Position numbers and translations under genes: made by a program. Under the pieces are notes generated by a model. The model saw only the letters and a program-made list of their open reading frames with translations, was not told where the DNA came from and did no database searches. From Ignicoccus pacificus DSM 13166 (lineage in GTDB: Archaea; Thermoproteota; Thermoprotei_A; Sulfolobales; Ignicoccaceae), in contig CP006868.1 in NCBI GenBank assembly GCA_025340205.1, positions 750,001 to 782,000 of the forward strand: a stretch of 32,000 nt of DNA. Reading direction: 5' to 3'. Below are positions 1 to 8,005 of the stretch, one piece after another; the first letter of the stretch is position 1, and every line of letters starts with the position of its first letter.

Positions 1-823
1 TTGGGAACAGTTGGTGAGCCTTCATCATCTGTTCGTTATACCACCCCTTTAGAGCGTTAATCGCTTGCGTCTCGTTTTTCACTTGCTTTACAAGTCCGTA
101 TTCCTTCACTACGTTGACAATGTTAACTAACTCCTTTTTAGCGTTTACTAATGCCTCCAAATTAGCTATTATCTTGTGTTCTAGATCGAAGAACTTTTGG
201 GTTTCGTTACCATTCGCTAGCTCTTGCTGTACGTAAGCCAAAGCCAAGCTCTGGTTGTAACCCTTAGTGTAAGTGTGGAAAGCTATCATCACTGGTATCA
301 TGTAAATCTTACCCTCTTTTGCCCAAGTCTCTATCAGCCTACCTCCGCCCTCTAGGTAAAACCTAGCACAGTAGGGACAGAAGGGATCCAGCAGTTCAAT
401 AACCCATAGCGAGCTCTTGGGATTACCCATACCCTTAGGCATCCCACCGAATACTTCGAATAGCTTTTTGGTAAAGTTACCGTGATAAATATACACCGCT
501 ATACCGTTTATCGGAACCAGACAATAAGTAGAGCCGCTGCAGGAGTTATACAGAGGTAGGCCAGCCTTCTTGCAGCTCGCAGCTTGTGCTTGATTAACCT
601 TTACTAAGGCTGCTGGTAACCAGCCGGTATAATCCGGCAGTAACTTAGTTACATTATCGACAAGAACGTCGTTCTTTAGTACCATACCGACCTTAAGCTT
701 CGGGTAGATCTTCTGAGTCAAGCTGTCTATTAGAATTACTGCATTGTGGGATACGTTTACACAGCTCTTGGCAGCGAGAACGAACGCTGCCAACACTAAC
801 AAAGAGACCATGACCTTCTTCAT
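1..823 (-). CDS. DsbA/thioredoxin-fold disulfide oxidoreductase-like secreted or membrane-anchored protein, partial (C-terminus outside window)
   Basis: My translation of the minus strand: ATG at 823, N-terminal MKKVMVSLLVLAAFVLAAKS signal-like segment, open to position 1, with LWVIELLDPFCPYCARFYLEGG (CPYC motif). Confidence 0.7.
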   Translation of the reverse strand, partial: MKKVMVSLLVLAAFVLAAKSCVNVSHNAVILIDSLTQKIYPKLKVGMVLKNDVLVDNVTKLLPDYTGWLPAALVKVNQAQAASCKKAGLPLYNSCSGSTYCLVPINGIAVYIYHGNFTKKLFEVFGGMPKGMGNPKSSLWVIELLDPFCPYCARFYLEGGGRLIETWAKEGKIYMIPVMIAFHTYTKGYNQSLALAYVQQELANGNETQKFFDLEHKIIANLEALVNAKKELVNIVNVVKEYGLVKQVKNETQAINALKGWYNEQMMKAHQLFP

Positions 824-848
824 CCTTCGCGACCCTAAGGGAGGATCC

Positions 849-1193
849 TCAACTCCTTAAAGGTATATTTCTTTTCTTCATTGATTCCTTCATAGCCCTT
901 CTCACATGTTCTACGTCTACCGTTAAGTTCCCCGTGGTTCCCTCTTGTACTAGCACGGTCTCCCCATTGATAAAGACCTTCACGGTGGGGATCATGTATA
1001 CTTTCTCTTCATCCATTATTGAGGGGGTTATTGATACATCCACTTCCCTAACTTTACAGTTAAATCCCTCTAACTCTTCCATCATTTTCTCATACAATCT
1101 CTTGCTCTCCTCTATCCAATCTGCAGTGAAAACTACTACGGTTACTCCCTCTTTCTTTTCCTTTTCAAAGTCTTCTTTGTTAATGATTAGCAA
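849..1193 (-). CDS. thioredoxin-like protein lacking the CXXC motif
   Basis: VVVFTADWIEESKRLYEKM...VREVDVSI...VYMIPTVKVFINGE matches the thioredoxin fold pattern (cis-Pro IPT), but the active site reads WIEES instead of WCxxC. Confidence 0.65.
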   Translation of the reverse strand: MLIINKEDFEKEKKEGVTVVVFTADWIEESKRLYEKMMEELEGFNCKVREVDVSITPSIMDEEKVYMIPTVKVFINGETVLVQEGTTGNLTVDVEHVRRAMKESMKKRNIPLRS

Positions 1194-1235
1194 GTTCCAC
1201 CCTATCGGAGGAATTGGTTCATATATCTAAAAAGA

Positions 1236-1511
1236 TTAGACCAGCTCTAGCTTCTTCAGCCTACCATAGTTGAACATGAGAGTATAACCGCAGTTCTTAC
1301 ATCTGAGCTTGACAACTTGATTTTTAGTCACCTTAGCGAACCTCTTTTGCTCCGGCTTCCTCTGAGAACCGTATCCCTCTTGCTTCCTCCTATATCTCCT
1401 CTCTCCGAGAGCGAGAGCCCTCCTCTTTCCATGTTTATAGACAGTGACGGAGTGCGGAGTGTGAGTCTTGCACCTTGGACAATACCTCCTTATCTCCTTG
1501 GGTACCTTCAT
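1236..1511 (-). CDS. rpl44e: 50S ribosomal protein L44e
   Basis: MKVPKEIRRYCPRCKTHTPHSVTVYKHGK...KLRCKNCGYTLMFNYGRLKKLEL is characteristic of L44e, with the C2-C2 zinc site. Confidence 0.95.
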   Translation of the reverse strand: MKVPKEIRRYCPRCKTHTPHSVTVYKHGKRRALALGERRYRRKQEGYGSQRKPEQKRFAKVTKNQVVKLRCKNCGYTLMFNYGRLKKLELV

Positions 1512-1612
1512 CTCGTCTGACCCCCGAAACCCTCACAACTTAAGGTAAAATAAGGGTTCCGAGTACCCCACACTCTAAAGATTACATGATCAAACCCCTC
1601 TCGGGGATGTGA

Positions 1613-2236
1613 TTGGACGTACAGAGTCACCCTACCAGCGTCAAGTTATTGAAAGAGGAAATCGTGAAATGTCCTGTTTGCCATGAGAACAAGATGAAGG
1701 TCAGCATATATCAATATGATATGCCGTTGATGGGACCAGTAATAGTAGTCGTTGGCAAGTGCGAGAGCTGTGGTTATAAGTTCGTGGACATAAAAACCGT
1801 CGAAAGTAAAGGGAGACAAGAGATAGTGTTCAAAGTAGACAAGGAGGAGGATCTAAATACCTTAGTGTTGAGATCCTCTACGGCATCTCTAGAGATACCG
1901 GAACTGGAGGCTGAAATAGCACCGGGGCCCGTCTCTCAGGGCTTCCTCACCACAGTCGAGGGTGTCCTTCAAAGGTTCAAGGATATACTCAACTTCTTGT
2001 GTAAGGACGCTAGAGATGAGAAAGAAAAGAAGGAATGTGAGGAGAGATTAAAGCGATTAGAAGAAATGCTATCGGGTAAAAGGGAGTTTACAATAATTAT
2101 AAGGGACCCCGAAGGTTATAGCAAAATAGCAAGTGAAAAGGCTCAAGAGAAAATAGAGAAGGGCGATGACGTAATAGCTCCCTATGCGAATGATGAGCGC
2201 ACGGCACGAGGAGGAGCCTCGGGTGACGAGAAATGA
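1613..2236 (+). CDS. ZPR1-type zinc finger domain protein
   Basis: CPVCHENKMKVSIYQYDMPLMGPVIVVVGKCESCGYKFVDIKTVESKGRQEIVFKV...DLNTLVLRSSTASLEIPELEAEIAPGPVSQGFLTTVEGVLQR matches the archaeal ZPR1 zinc finger pattern. Confidence 0.88.
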   Translation: MDVQSHPTSVKLLKEEIVKCPVCHENKMKVSIYQYDMPLMGPVIVVVGKCESCGYKFVDIKTVESKGRQEIVFKVDKEEDLNTLVLRSSTASLEIPELEAEIAPGPVSQGFLTTVEGVLQRFKDILNFLCKDARDEKEKKECEERLKRLEEMLSGKREFTIIIRDPEGYSKIASEKAQEKIEKGDDVIAPYANDERTARGGASGDEK

Positions 2237-2460
2237 AGCTTGTAGACGTACCAGCTGGAACCACGGTGGTGGTAAAGTCAATACCCGCCGGTCTGGGTGC
2301 TTCCATAACGTTGAGAGAGTTGGGTATAGTAGAAGGGGCTAAGGTCAAGGTAATCAGAAACTCCCCTTTTGGAGGACCTTTGATAGTAGAGGTCAACGGC
2401 GCGCGTTATGCGCTTGGTCGAGGACTGGCCAGCAAAGTTGAAGTAGAACCACTCCACTAG
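2233..2460 (+). CDS. FeoA-domain protein
   Basis: 75 aa: MKLVDVPAGTTVVVKSIPAGLGASITLRELGIVEGAKVKVIRNSPFGGPLIVEVNGARYALGRGLASKVEVE has the FeoA SH3-like pattern. Starts in an ATGA overlap with the ZPR1 stop. Confidence 0.85.
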   Translation: MKLVDVPAGTTVVVKSIPAGLGASITLRELGIVEGAKVKVIRNSPFGGPLIVEVNGARYALGRGLASKVEVEPLH

Positions 2461-2478
2461 AGTATTGGTAATGAAGTC

Positions 2479-2781
2479 ATGATAAGGATAAAGATAACGG
2501 GTACTATACTAATACTGTTCTCCATACTATTATTCATCTTCATGTCATATTCCTTCATAGCACCTAACGGCATAGCCTTCGAGATAGTGAGAGTCATTCT
2601 CTGGATATATACTATACTGTTCTCTATTTTCGTGGGTTGGATCGGTCTAATTCTACTAAGAAGCAAAGAGCCTCTTCCCGTGGAGCAGCTGAAGAAAGAA
2701 ATAGAACAAGAAGTGGAGAGGATCAGAAGAGAAGCAATAGAGGCTGCGATGAAATCTGGTAGAGAAGATAACGAAAAATAA
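2479..2781 (+). CDS. small membrane protein of unknown function (two hydrophobic segments, charged C-terminal tail)
   Basis: ORF with hydrophobic stretches ITGTILILFSILLFIFMSYSF and IVRVILWIYTILFSIFVGWIGLILL, then a charged helical tail. Confidence 0.55.
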   Translation: MIRIKITGTILILFSILLFIFMSYSFIAPNGIAFEIVRVILWIYTILFSIFVGWIGLILLRSKEPLPVEQLKKEIEQEVERIRREAIEAAMKSGREDNEK

Positions 2782-2871
2782 ATAAAGACATATACACATA
2801 ATGCAGTATATGGTACGTATATGTACCTAATTTATTAACTACTCCAGCCGAGTTGTGATCGGTGAGATAGA

Positions 2872-2982
2872 GTGAAGGCAGTAATGGTAAAGAAGCCGTT
2901 GATATTGCAGCTACCCCCAGAGGACGTGGCCGAGGAGTTGTTCCCCATAGAGGAAGAGGTAAGCCTCGAAGAGACCAACTAA
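2872..2982 (+). CDS. putative 36-aa acidic small protein
   Basis: GTG start preceded by GGTGAG at about 6 nt; encodes VKAVMVKKPLILQLPPEDVAEELFPIEEEVSLEETN* (first residue Met if translated). Absent from the supplied ORF track because it is below the size cutoff. Confidence 0.4.
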   Translation: MKAVMVKKPLILQLPPEDVAEELFPIEEEVSLEETN

Positions 2983-3076
2983 AGAGCTGAACTGTCAATT
3001 TTTATAGAATCTTATATTTTAGCTCAGATTACTTAAATATTGCTTCTTCCTTCCACACCGAGGGCTAGTACTAAAA

Positions 3077-4801
3077 ATGAGGAGACTCGACCGACGGGGT
3101 ACGCCGTTCCTATTCGATTTAGAGACGGTGGCTCTCTCAATAATAATAGGCCTCGTTGCTGGAATAGTGACCGCCGTTTTCACTGATCTATTTGTTTGGA
3201 GCGATAGATATAGGTATTATCTACTCCATCGTGATCCATGGATCTATGTATCCTTGGCATATGGTTTAATACTATTGGTGGCATATACTCTAAGAAGGTT
3301 CCTAGGAACAATTCATGGCTCCTCCACCTCGTACGTCGTTAAGTCGTATCATTGGAAGCTCGGTTACGTTGGTCGTAAGGAACTGATCATTTACACGTTA
3401 GGTGCCTTAGCTTCTGTTCTCGCCGGCGCCGTGGTGGGCCCCGAAGGACCGGGCATAGCGCTAGGTGCTTTCTTCGGCTACTGGATCTCACGAAAAAGTG
3501 GTTTACATGGTGAAGAGCTCCGAAAAATGACTCTCGTTGGAGCGGCTGCCGGAATCGCATCCGTCTTTAGAGCACCCTTAACGGCTATGGCTTTCGCCAT
3601 AGAAGTTCCCTATAAGAGGTCGCTGGAAACTGGCGTATTCATGCCAGCACTAATAGCGACGTTTACCTCATACATAGTTACAGTTGCCATCGCTGGTCCC
3701 CAAAGATTGCTCTTACGCATAAAACCATTCAAGCCTCCCATGCCCAGTGCAGATATAATTTCTTCATCGATAGGGCTGGGTATAACTGCCGCCGCCTTGG
3801 TTTACCTAATGTACTTTATAAAGCACTACTTTGGAGAGATTTCAGAGAAATATGGGAAGAGCAAATACTGGTTCGTCTTCCCGCTGATCCTTGCGACCCT
3901 AGTGGTCGTAAGCGCTCTCTACATATCAGAACATATTCCGGGATCCGGCGATGTGCTTACTGAAGAGATCTTCAACAAGCCAGAGGAGTTCACGTTACCA
4001 GTACTTCTGATAATATTGTTAGGAAGATCTTCACTCTTACCCTTATCATTGACGTGGGGAGCTACTGGAGGTCTCTTCATGCCATTAGTTTCGATTGGTG
4101 CAGTACTTGGCCTCTTCTACGCATTACTGCTTCACGTACCACCAGCCCACATTTACCCATTGATGCTGGCCGGCGTCTCCGCGGTCTTCAGCGGAGGCCA
4201 AAAGACACTAATGACGAGCATATTCATTGGAGTTGAGTTCCTAGGTTTCGGAGCGTTCTTCTCATCCACTATAGCCGCGGCAACTGCATACTTACTCACG
4301 CTAAACGTGAGCCTAATCGCGGGTCAACTGCCGGAGGTCCAAGACCCTAAGAAGAGGACGTTAATGGAGCTTATCGACAAGCTCATGAGTAAGAGAGATC
4401 TAAAGGACAAACTGAAGATGAAGGTTGTAGAAGTTGCCAACAAAAAGGTGACAAGGCTATTAGATGAGATGACCGTAAAGGAAGCACTAGTTATTATAGA
4501 AAAGGACTTACACAACAACTACCCCGTGGTGAACAGGGATGATGTGCTAGTAGGTGAGGTATCCCTAGAAGTTCTGGTAACCGAGTCCCCTGATTCCAAA
4601 CTGAGGGACCTGATGATCTATCCAGTATTCGTCTATGAGGACGACGAGATCCAAAAGCTCCTCTCCTTGATGCTCTCAAGTAACACGGATAGAGTATACG
4701 TGATAAACAAGGAGAGAAAGTTGGTCGGTGTGGTAAGCAAGACAGACTTGCTAAAGTATGCGTTAAAGAACATAGTAAAAAGCTTCATATATCGAAAATA
4801 G
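3077..4801 (+). CDS. ClC-family chloride channel/antiporter with C-terminal CBS domain pair
   Basis: Multi-TM protein with GPEGPGIALGAFFGYWISRKSG and GATGGLFMPLVSIGAVLG (ClC selectivity-filter motifs), then two CBS motifs (MTVKEALVIIEKDLHNNYPVVNRDDVLVGEVS; VFVYEDDEIQKLLSLMLSSNTDRVYVINKERKLVGVVSKTDLLKYA). Confidence 0.93.
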   Translation: MRRLDRRGTPFLFDLETVALSIIIGLVAGIVTAVFTDLFVWSDRYRYYLLHRDPWIYVSLAYGLILLVAYTLRRFLGTIHGSSTSYVVKSYHWKLGYVGRKELIIYTLGALASVLAGAVVGPEGPGIALGAFFGYWISRKSGLHGEELRKMTLVGAAAGIASVFRAPLTAMAFAIEVPYKRSLETGVFMPALIATFTSYIVTVAIAGPQRLLLRIKPFKPPMPSADIISSSIGLGITAAALVYLMYFIKHYFGEISEKYGKSKYWFVFPLILATLVVVSALYISEHIPGSGDVLTEEIFNKPEEFTLPVLLIILLGRSSLLPLSLTWGATGGLFMPLVSIGAVLGLFYALLLHVPPAHIYPLMLAGVSAVFSGGQKTLMTSIFIGVEFLGFGAFFSSTIAAATAYLLTLNVSLIAGQLPEVQDPKKRTLMELIDKLMSKRDLKDKLKMKVVEVANKKVTRLLDEMTVKEALVIIEKDLHNNYPVVNRDDVLVGEVSLEVLVTESPDSKLRDLMIYPVFVYEDDEIQKLLSLMLSSNTDRVYVINKERKLVGVVSKTDLLKYALKNIVKSFIYRK

Positions 4802-4818
4802 CTTGATTTGTGAGAAAA

Positions 4819-5211
4819 CTAACCCCTATGAGCCCTTACCGCCGCGATAGTGTTATCGGATATACCGTGAGTCTTCATCAATTCTTCGTTTACGTGAACC
4901 TCGTTCAACGGTACTTTTTCGTCTTTTATAGCAGTAAAGACAAACTTCTTACCGGAGACGGCTATCTCTAGCTTGTCTCCTATGCCTAGCTCTTGAGCGA
5001 GCTGCGTGTTTATCTTAGCCTTCTCCGGAGGAACATCACTCCACCTTAATCTTATTCTCTTCTCTCTTGCTCTCGAGGCACGCTGTTTTAGAGCGCTGGC
5101 TGGAGGCACCAGAGCAGCCAAGGCCTTAATATCAACCTTCTTCTTTTGTTGAGTCTCTTCATTCTTTACGTTCTCCTCGCTCACGCACTTCACCATGGGG
5201 TTATACGGCAA
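4819..5211 (-). CDS. conserved-looking basic protein of unknown function; possible beta-barrel C-terminal domain
   Basis: 130 aa. Basic tail (SALKQRASRAREKRIRLRWSD) followed by KINTQLAQELGIGDKLEIAVSGKKFVFTAIKDEKVPLNEVHVNEELMKTHGISDNTIAAVR. Confidence 0.6.
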   Translation of the reverse strand: MPYNPMVKCVSEENVKNEETQQKKKVDIKALAALVPPASALKQRASRAREKRIRLRWSDVPPEKAKINTQLAQELGIGDKLEIAVSGKKFVFTAIKDEKVPLNEVHVNEELMKTHGISDNTIAAVRAHRG

Positions 5212-5299
5212 TTGGGAGAAAAACTTACGCTGATTTCGCCAATTATCTCAACAACTATTCCTATAGCTTCTCTACGTTACCCTTACTCGGTCCACACAG

Positions 5300-6253
5300 A
5301 TGAGTGAGGTACTGCTCCTAGGAGGTTACGGAGGTCATACTGGTCAAGCTCTAGGAATAGCTAAGTATCTACGGGAGAAGGGAATAGAATTTGATGTACT
5401 GACGCTCGAGGGTACCGAGAGGAGATATGCTGACTCCGGTGCAAGGAGAATTATGACTACGAAGCAGTTCTTAGAGCCTACCACAGGTAAGTTCCTTCCT
5501 TTGAGTATCCCTAAGATATTGATAGATACCTTGAAATTAGGTAAATACAAAGTCGTAATAGCCAATGGGAGCGTCTTCGCTCTACCACCAACGTTCTTAC
5601 TAAAGCTGAGGGGTTCCAAAATAATAAACGTAGAGACCATAGACGCCGTTGTGGAACCGAGTAGAGCACCCAAAATAATTCATAGATACGCAGACGTAAC
5701 ATTTGTCCAATGGCCTGAACTCAAGAGACATTATCCTAATGCTTTAGTTAGTGGACCCATCTTCGAGCCACTGAAGTATGAGCCGGAAGAAGGTGATTAC
5801 ATCTTAGTCACAGCAGGGACGAAAGGCTACAAGGATTTATTCGATGCAGTAGTGAGACAATTTGATAAAGAAGAAATCGTGTTACAAGTAGGTAAAATGC
5901 CTATAGATAGGTACAAGGATAAGGCCAAGGTAGTCTTCTCTTTCTCTTACGATTTCCATAAGTGGTTAGCCAAAGCCAAGGCCGTGATAACCACTTTTCC
6001 TAGCTCCACAGCCGCTATAGCTAGCTTAGGGTTCCGAAAACCTACAGTAATAGTACCTCATTACGGACATAGAGCTGTTCCAATGAGTAATATGGAGCCA
6101 TTTGCTAAGAAGACCGGTTGTGTTATAGCAAACCTTAATGAGCTAAAGGAGGCTGTAGAGAAAGCTATACGATCAAGGGCTTCGATGCCTAAATACGAAC
6201 ACGGTGGTAAGAAGGTAGCTGAGAAGGTCTTAGAGCTATTGGAAGAGTCTTGA
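5300..6253 (+). CDS. Alg14-Alg13-like fused UDP-GlcNAc-type glycosyltransferase
   Basis: N-terminal LLLGGYGGHTGQALGIAKYLREKG...VIANGSVFALPPTFLLKLRGSKIINVETIDAVVEPSRAPKIIHRYADVTFVQW resembles Alg14/MurG-N. C-terminal YILVTAGTKGYKDLFDAV...SYDFHKWLAKAKAVITTFPSSTAAIASLGFRKPTVIVPHYG resembles Alg13/MurG-C. Confidence 0.75.
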   Translation: MSEVLLLGGYGGHTGQALGIAKYLREKGIEFDVLTLEGTERRYADSGARRIMTTKQFLEPTTGKFLPLSIPKILIDTLKLGKYKVVIANGSVFALPPTFLLKLRGSKIINVETIDAVVEPSRAPKIIHRYADVTFVQWPELKRHYPNALVSGPIFEPLKYEPEEGDYILVTAGTKGYKDLFDAVVRQFDKEEIVLQVGKMPIDRYKDKAKVVFSFSYDFHKWLAKAKAVITTFPSSTAAIASLGFRKPTVIVPHYGHRAVPMSNMEPFAKKTGCVIANLNELKEAVEKAIRSRASMPKYEHGGKKVAEKVLELLEES

Positions 6254-6269
6254 AAGACACCAGGGAAGT

Positions 6270-6345
<76 letters not shown>

Positions 6346-6484
6346 AAGACCCAAGCTCATGGGAAGGAAGAGAGTTTTTAAGATATCGCGTTAGTTTTCT
6401 ATCCTTATCTATAAGAGATTGCTGTCTAATATGAAATTAACGGTACATCGTTAAATAAGGCTGAAAGGAACTGTCTCACTTGCT

Positions 6485-6916
6485 ATGCTAACAGAGGGAA
6501 CTATTATCATAATCGATCTAGATAATTTTTCTGAAATGATTAAACAGAAAGGCTGGAGTGAATGGAGGCCTAATGACGCTACAGCGCTTTTAACTACCCT
6601 GGTTCACGATCTCGTCAACAAGTGGAGTGCTCACGTGATATGGGGATTAGACGAGGAAAGAGGCACAGAGGAAGTGATTATAGAAATACCCCTCGTAGAG
6701 CCTTCAGAACTTAAAGAGGATCTAGAATACATAAGAAGAAGGTTAAATGAAATAGGCGTAGGAGTTAGCATCGTTGCTATAAAGGATTTCGTAGGGGTGG
6801 ACAGAGCTACTCAGAGGCGAGATGCTTACAAGTCTACGCCAGGGAGGCGTAGAGCGTTGAAATTACTAAAAGCTCTAAAGAGGCGTGGAGGTAACGCCGT
6901 TCTCATCGTTGACTAG
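6485..6916 (+). CDS. hypothetical protein, possible stand-alone palm / nucleotide-cyclase-like domain
   Basis: 143 aa: TIIIIDLDNFSEMIKQKGW...LLTTLVHDLVNKWSAHVIWGLDEERGTEEVIIEIPL...LKEDLEYIRRRLNEIGVGVSIVAIKDFVG...GRRRALKLLKALKRRGGNAVLIVD; apparent beta-alpha-alpha-beta-beta-alpha-beta order. Confidence 0.45.
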   Translation: MLTEGTIIIIDLDNFSEMIKQKGWSEWRPNDATALLTTLVHDLVNKWSAHVIWGLDEERGTEEVIIEIPLVEPSELKEDLEYIRRRLNEIGVGVSIVAIKDFVGVDRATQRRDAYKSTPGRRRALKLLKALKRRGGNAVLIVD

Positions 6917-7947
6917 AGCGGCCAATATTCTCTTAACTCATTTATTACTTCTTGAATGTAATAATCTATCTCATCTTCTGGGAGTCTTTCCTTACGCGGT
7001 TTCTCACTGAACAATGGAACTTCTCCTGCACTCAAGACGTTTAGAGTGCTCTTAGCTACGACCCACTCCACATAACCTCCTTCCAAGGCCACTGCGATGG
7101 GTATGCCCAAACTCTCAGCAAAAGCATATATCTCATTGACTAAGCTCCATTGACCGTTTATGGTGAGTTCAAACTCTGCTAAGGGATCTTCCCAATGTGT
7201 ATCCCAGCCCGCCGAGACCAGTATCACGTTTGGGCTATATGCCTCCAATATTGGTAATATAATTTTATCGAAAGCCTTCAGTATCTCATTGTCCCCCGTT
7301 CCGGGAGGTAAGGCTATGTTGACCGTGTAACCTTCTCCCTTCCCCTTACCTTTCTGGCTAGGAAATCCTTCGAACGGATAAAGAGTTCTAGGGTCTTGGT
7401 GTGTACTTATGTAAAGTACTTCATCAGTGTTATAGAACATATAGGCCGTACCGTCTCCCCAATGTACGTCGATGTCTACTATGGCTACTTTCAGTCCCTT
7501 TCTCCTAAGCTTCTCGGCCGCTAAAGCAACGTTGTTAAACAAACAAAACCCTCTACCTTGAGCTCTCCTAGCATGGTGCCCTGGAGGTCTCACTGCTGCA
7601 ACTGCTAGGTAATACCTGCCTTCAATGACTTTCTCAGCAGCATAAGATACTGATCCTGCAGCGGCAAGTGCTGGTTCCCAACTGTCCTTGCTAACATAGG
7701 TATCCGGATCGAGCATTCCTCCCCCACTTTCGATCAATTCCTTTACATAGGTGATATACTCCTTATCATGGATTAGTTCTAGATCCTCCTCCTTTGCCAT
7801 TACCGGGGAAATTACTTCAGCTAAATCATGTATGTTTGTGTTTTTCATTAGGTTAAGTATGGCTGCTATTCTATTAGGATTCTCTGGGTGTTTGAAGGGT
7901 GGTCTATGTTTTAAGAAGACGTCTCCTATGATCAGGACTCTTTCCAT
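6913..7947 (-). CDS. histone deacetylase family / acetoin-utilisation-type deacetylase
   Basis: KHPENPNRIAAILNLM..., RPPGHHARRAQGRGFCLFNNVALAAEKL, VAIVDIDVHWGDGTAYMFYN, LVSAGWDTHWEDPLAEFELT. The catalytic His-His and zinc ligands are present. Confidence 0.95.
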   Translation of the reverse strand: MERVLIIGDVFLKHRPPFKHPENPNRIAAILNLMKNTNIHDLAEVISPVMAKEEDLELIHDKEYITYVKELIESGGGMLDPDTYVSKDSWEPALAAAGSVSYAAEKVIEGRYYLAVAAVRPPGHHARRAQGRGFCLFNNVALAAEKLRRKGLKVAIVDIDVHWGDGTAYMFYNTDEVLYISTHQDPRTLYPFEGFPSQKGKGKGEGYTVNIALPPGTGDNEILKAFDKIILPILEAYSPNVILVSAGWDTHWEDPLAEFELTINGQWSLVNEIYAFAESLGIPIAVALEGGYVEWVVAKSTLNVLSAGEVPLFSEKPRKERLPEDEIDYYIQEVINELREYWPL

Positions 7948-8005
7948 TTATTTTGCCCTGAGAGGGAAGAATAACATAAAATAAAAATCATGTGTTGTAA
8001 TGTTT

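Noticed and set aside
934-1520. Plus-strand ORFs 934..1230 and 1317..1520
   Set aside because: Antisense shadows of the thioredoxin-like and L44e genes; low-complexity Ser/Leu-rich translations with no family resemblance.
2069-2998. Minus-strand ORFs 2069..2281, 2097..2396, 2457..2666, 2723..2998
   Set aside because: Antisense to ZPR1, FeoA and the small membrane protein gene, or across the intergenic region, with no recognisable protein features.
4054-4679. Alternative ORFs inside the ClC gene (4054..4236, 4324..4518, 4494..4679)
   Set aside because: The ClC reading frame is complete with recognisable motifs and CBS domains, so these are frame shadows.
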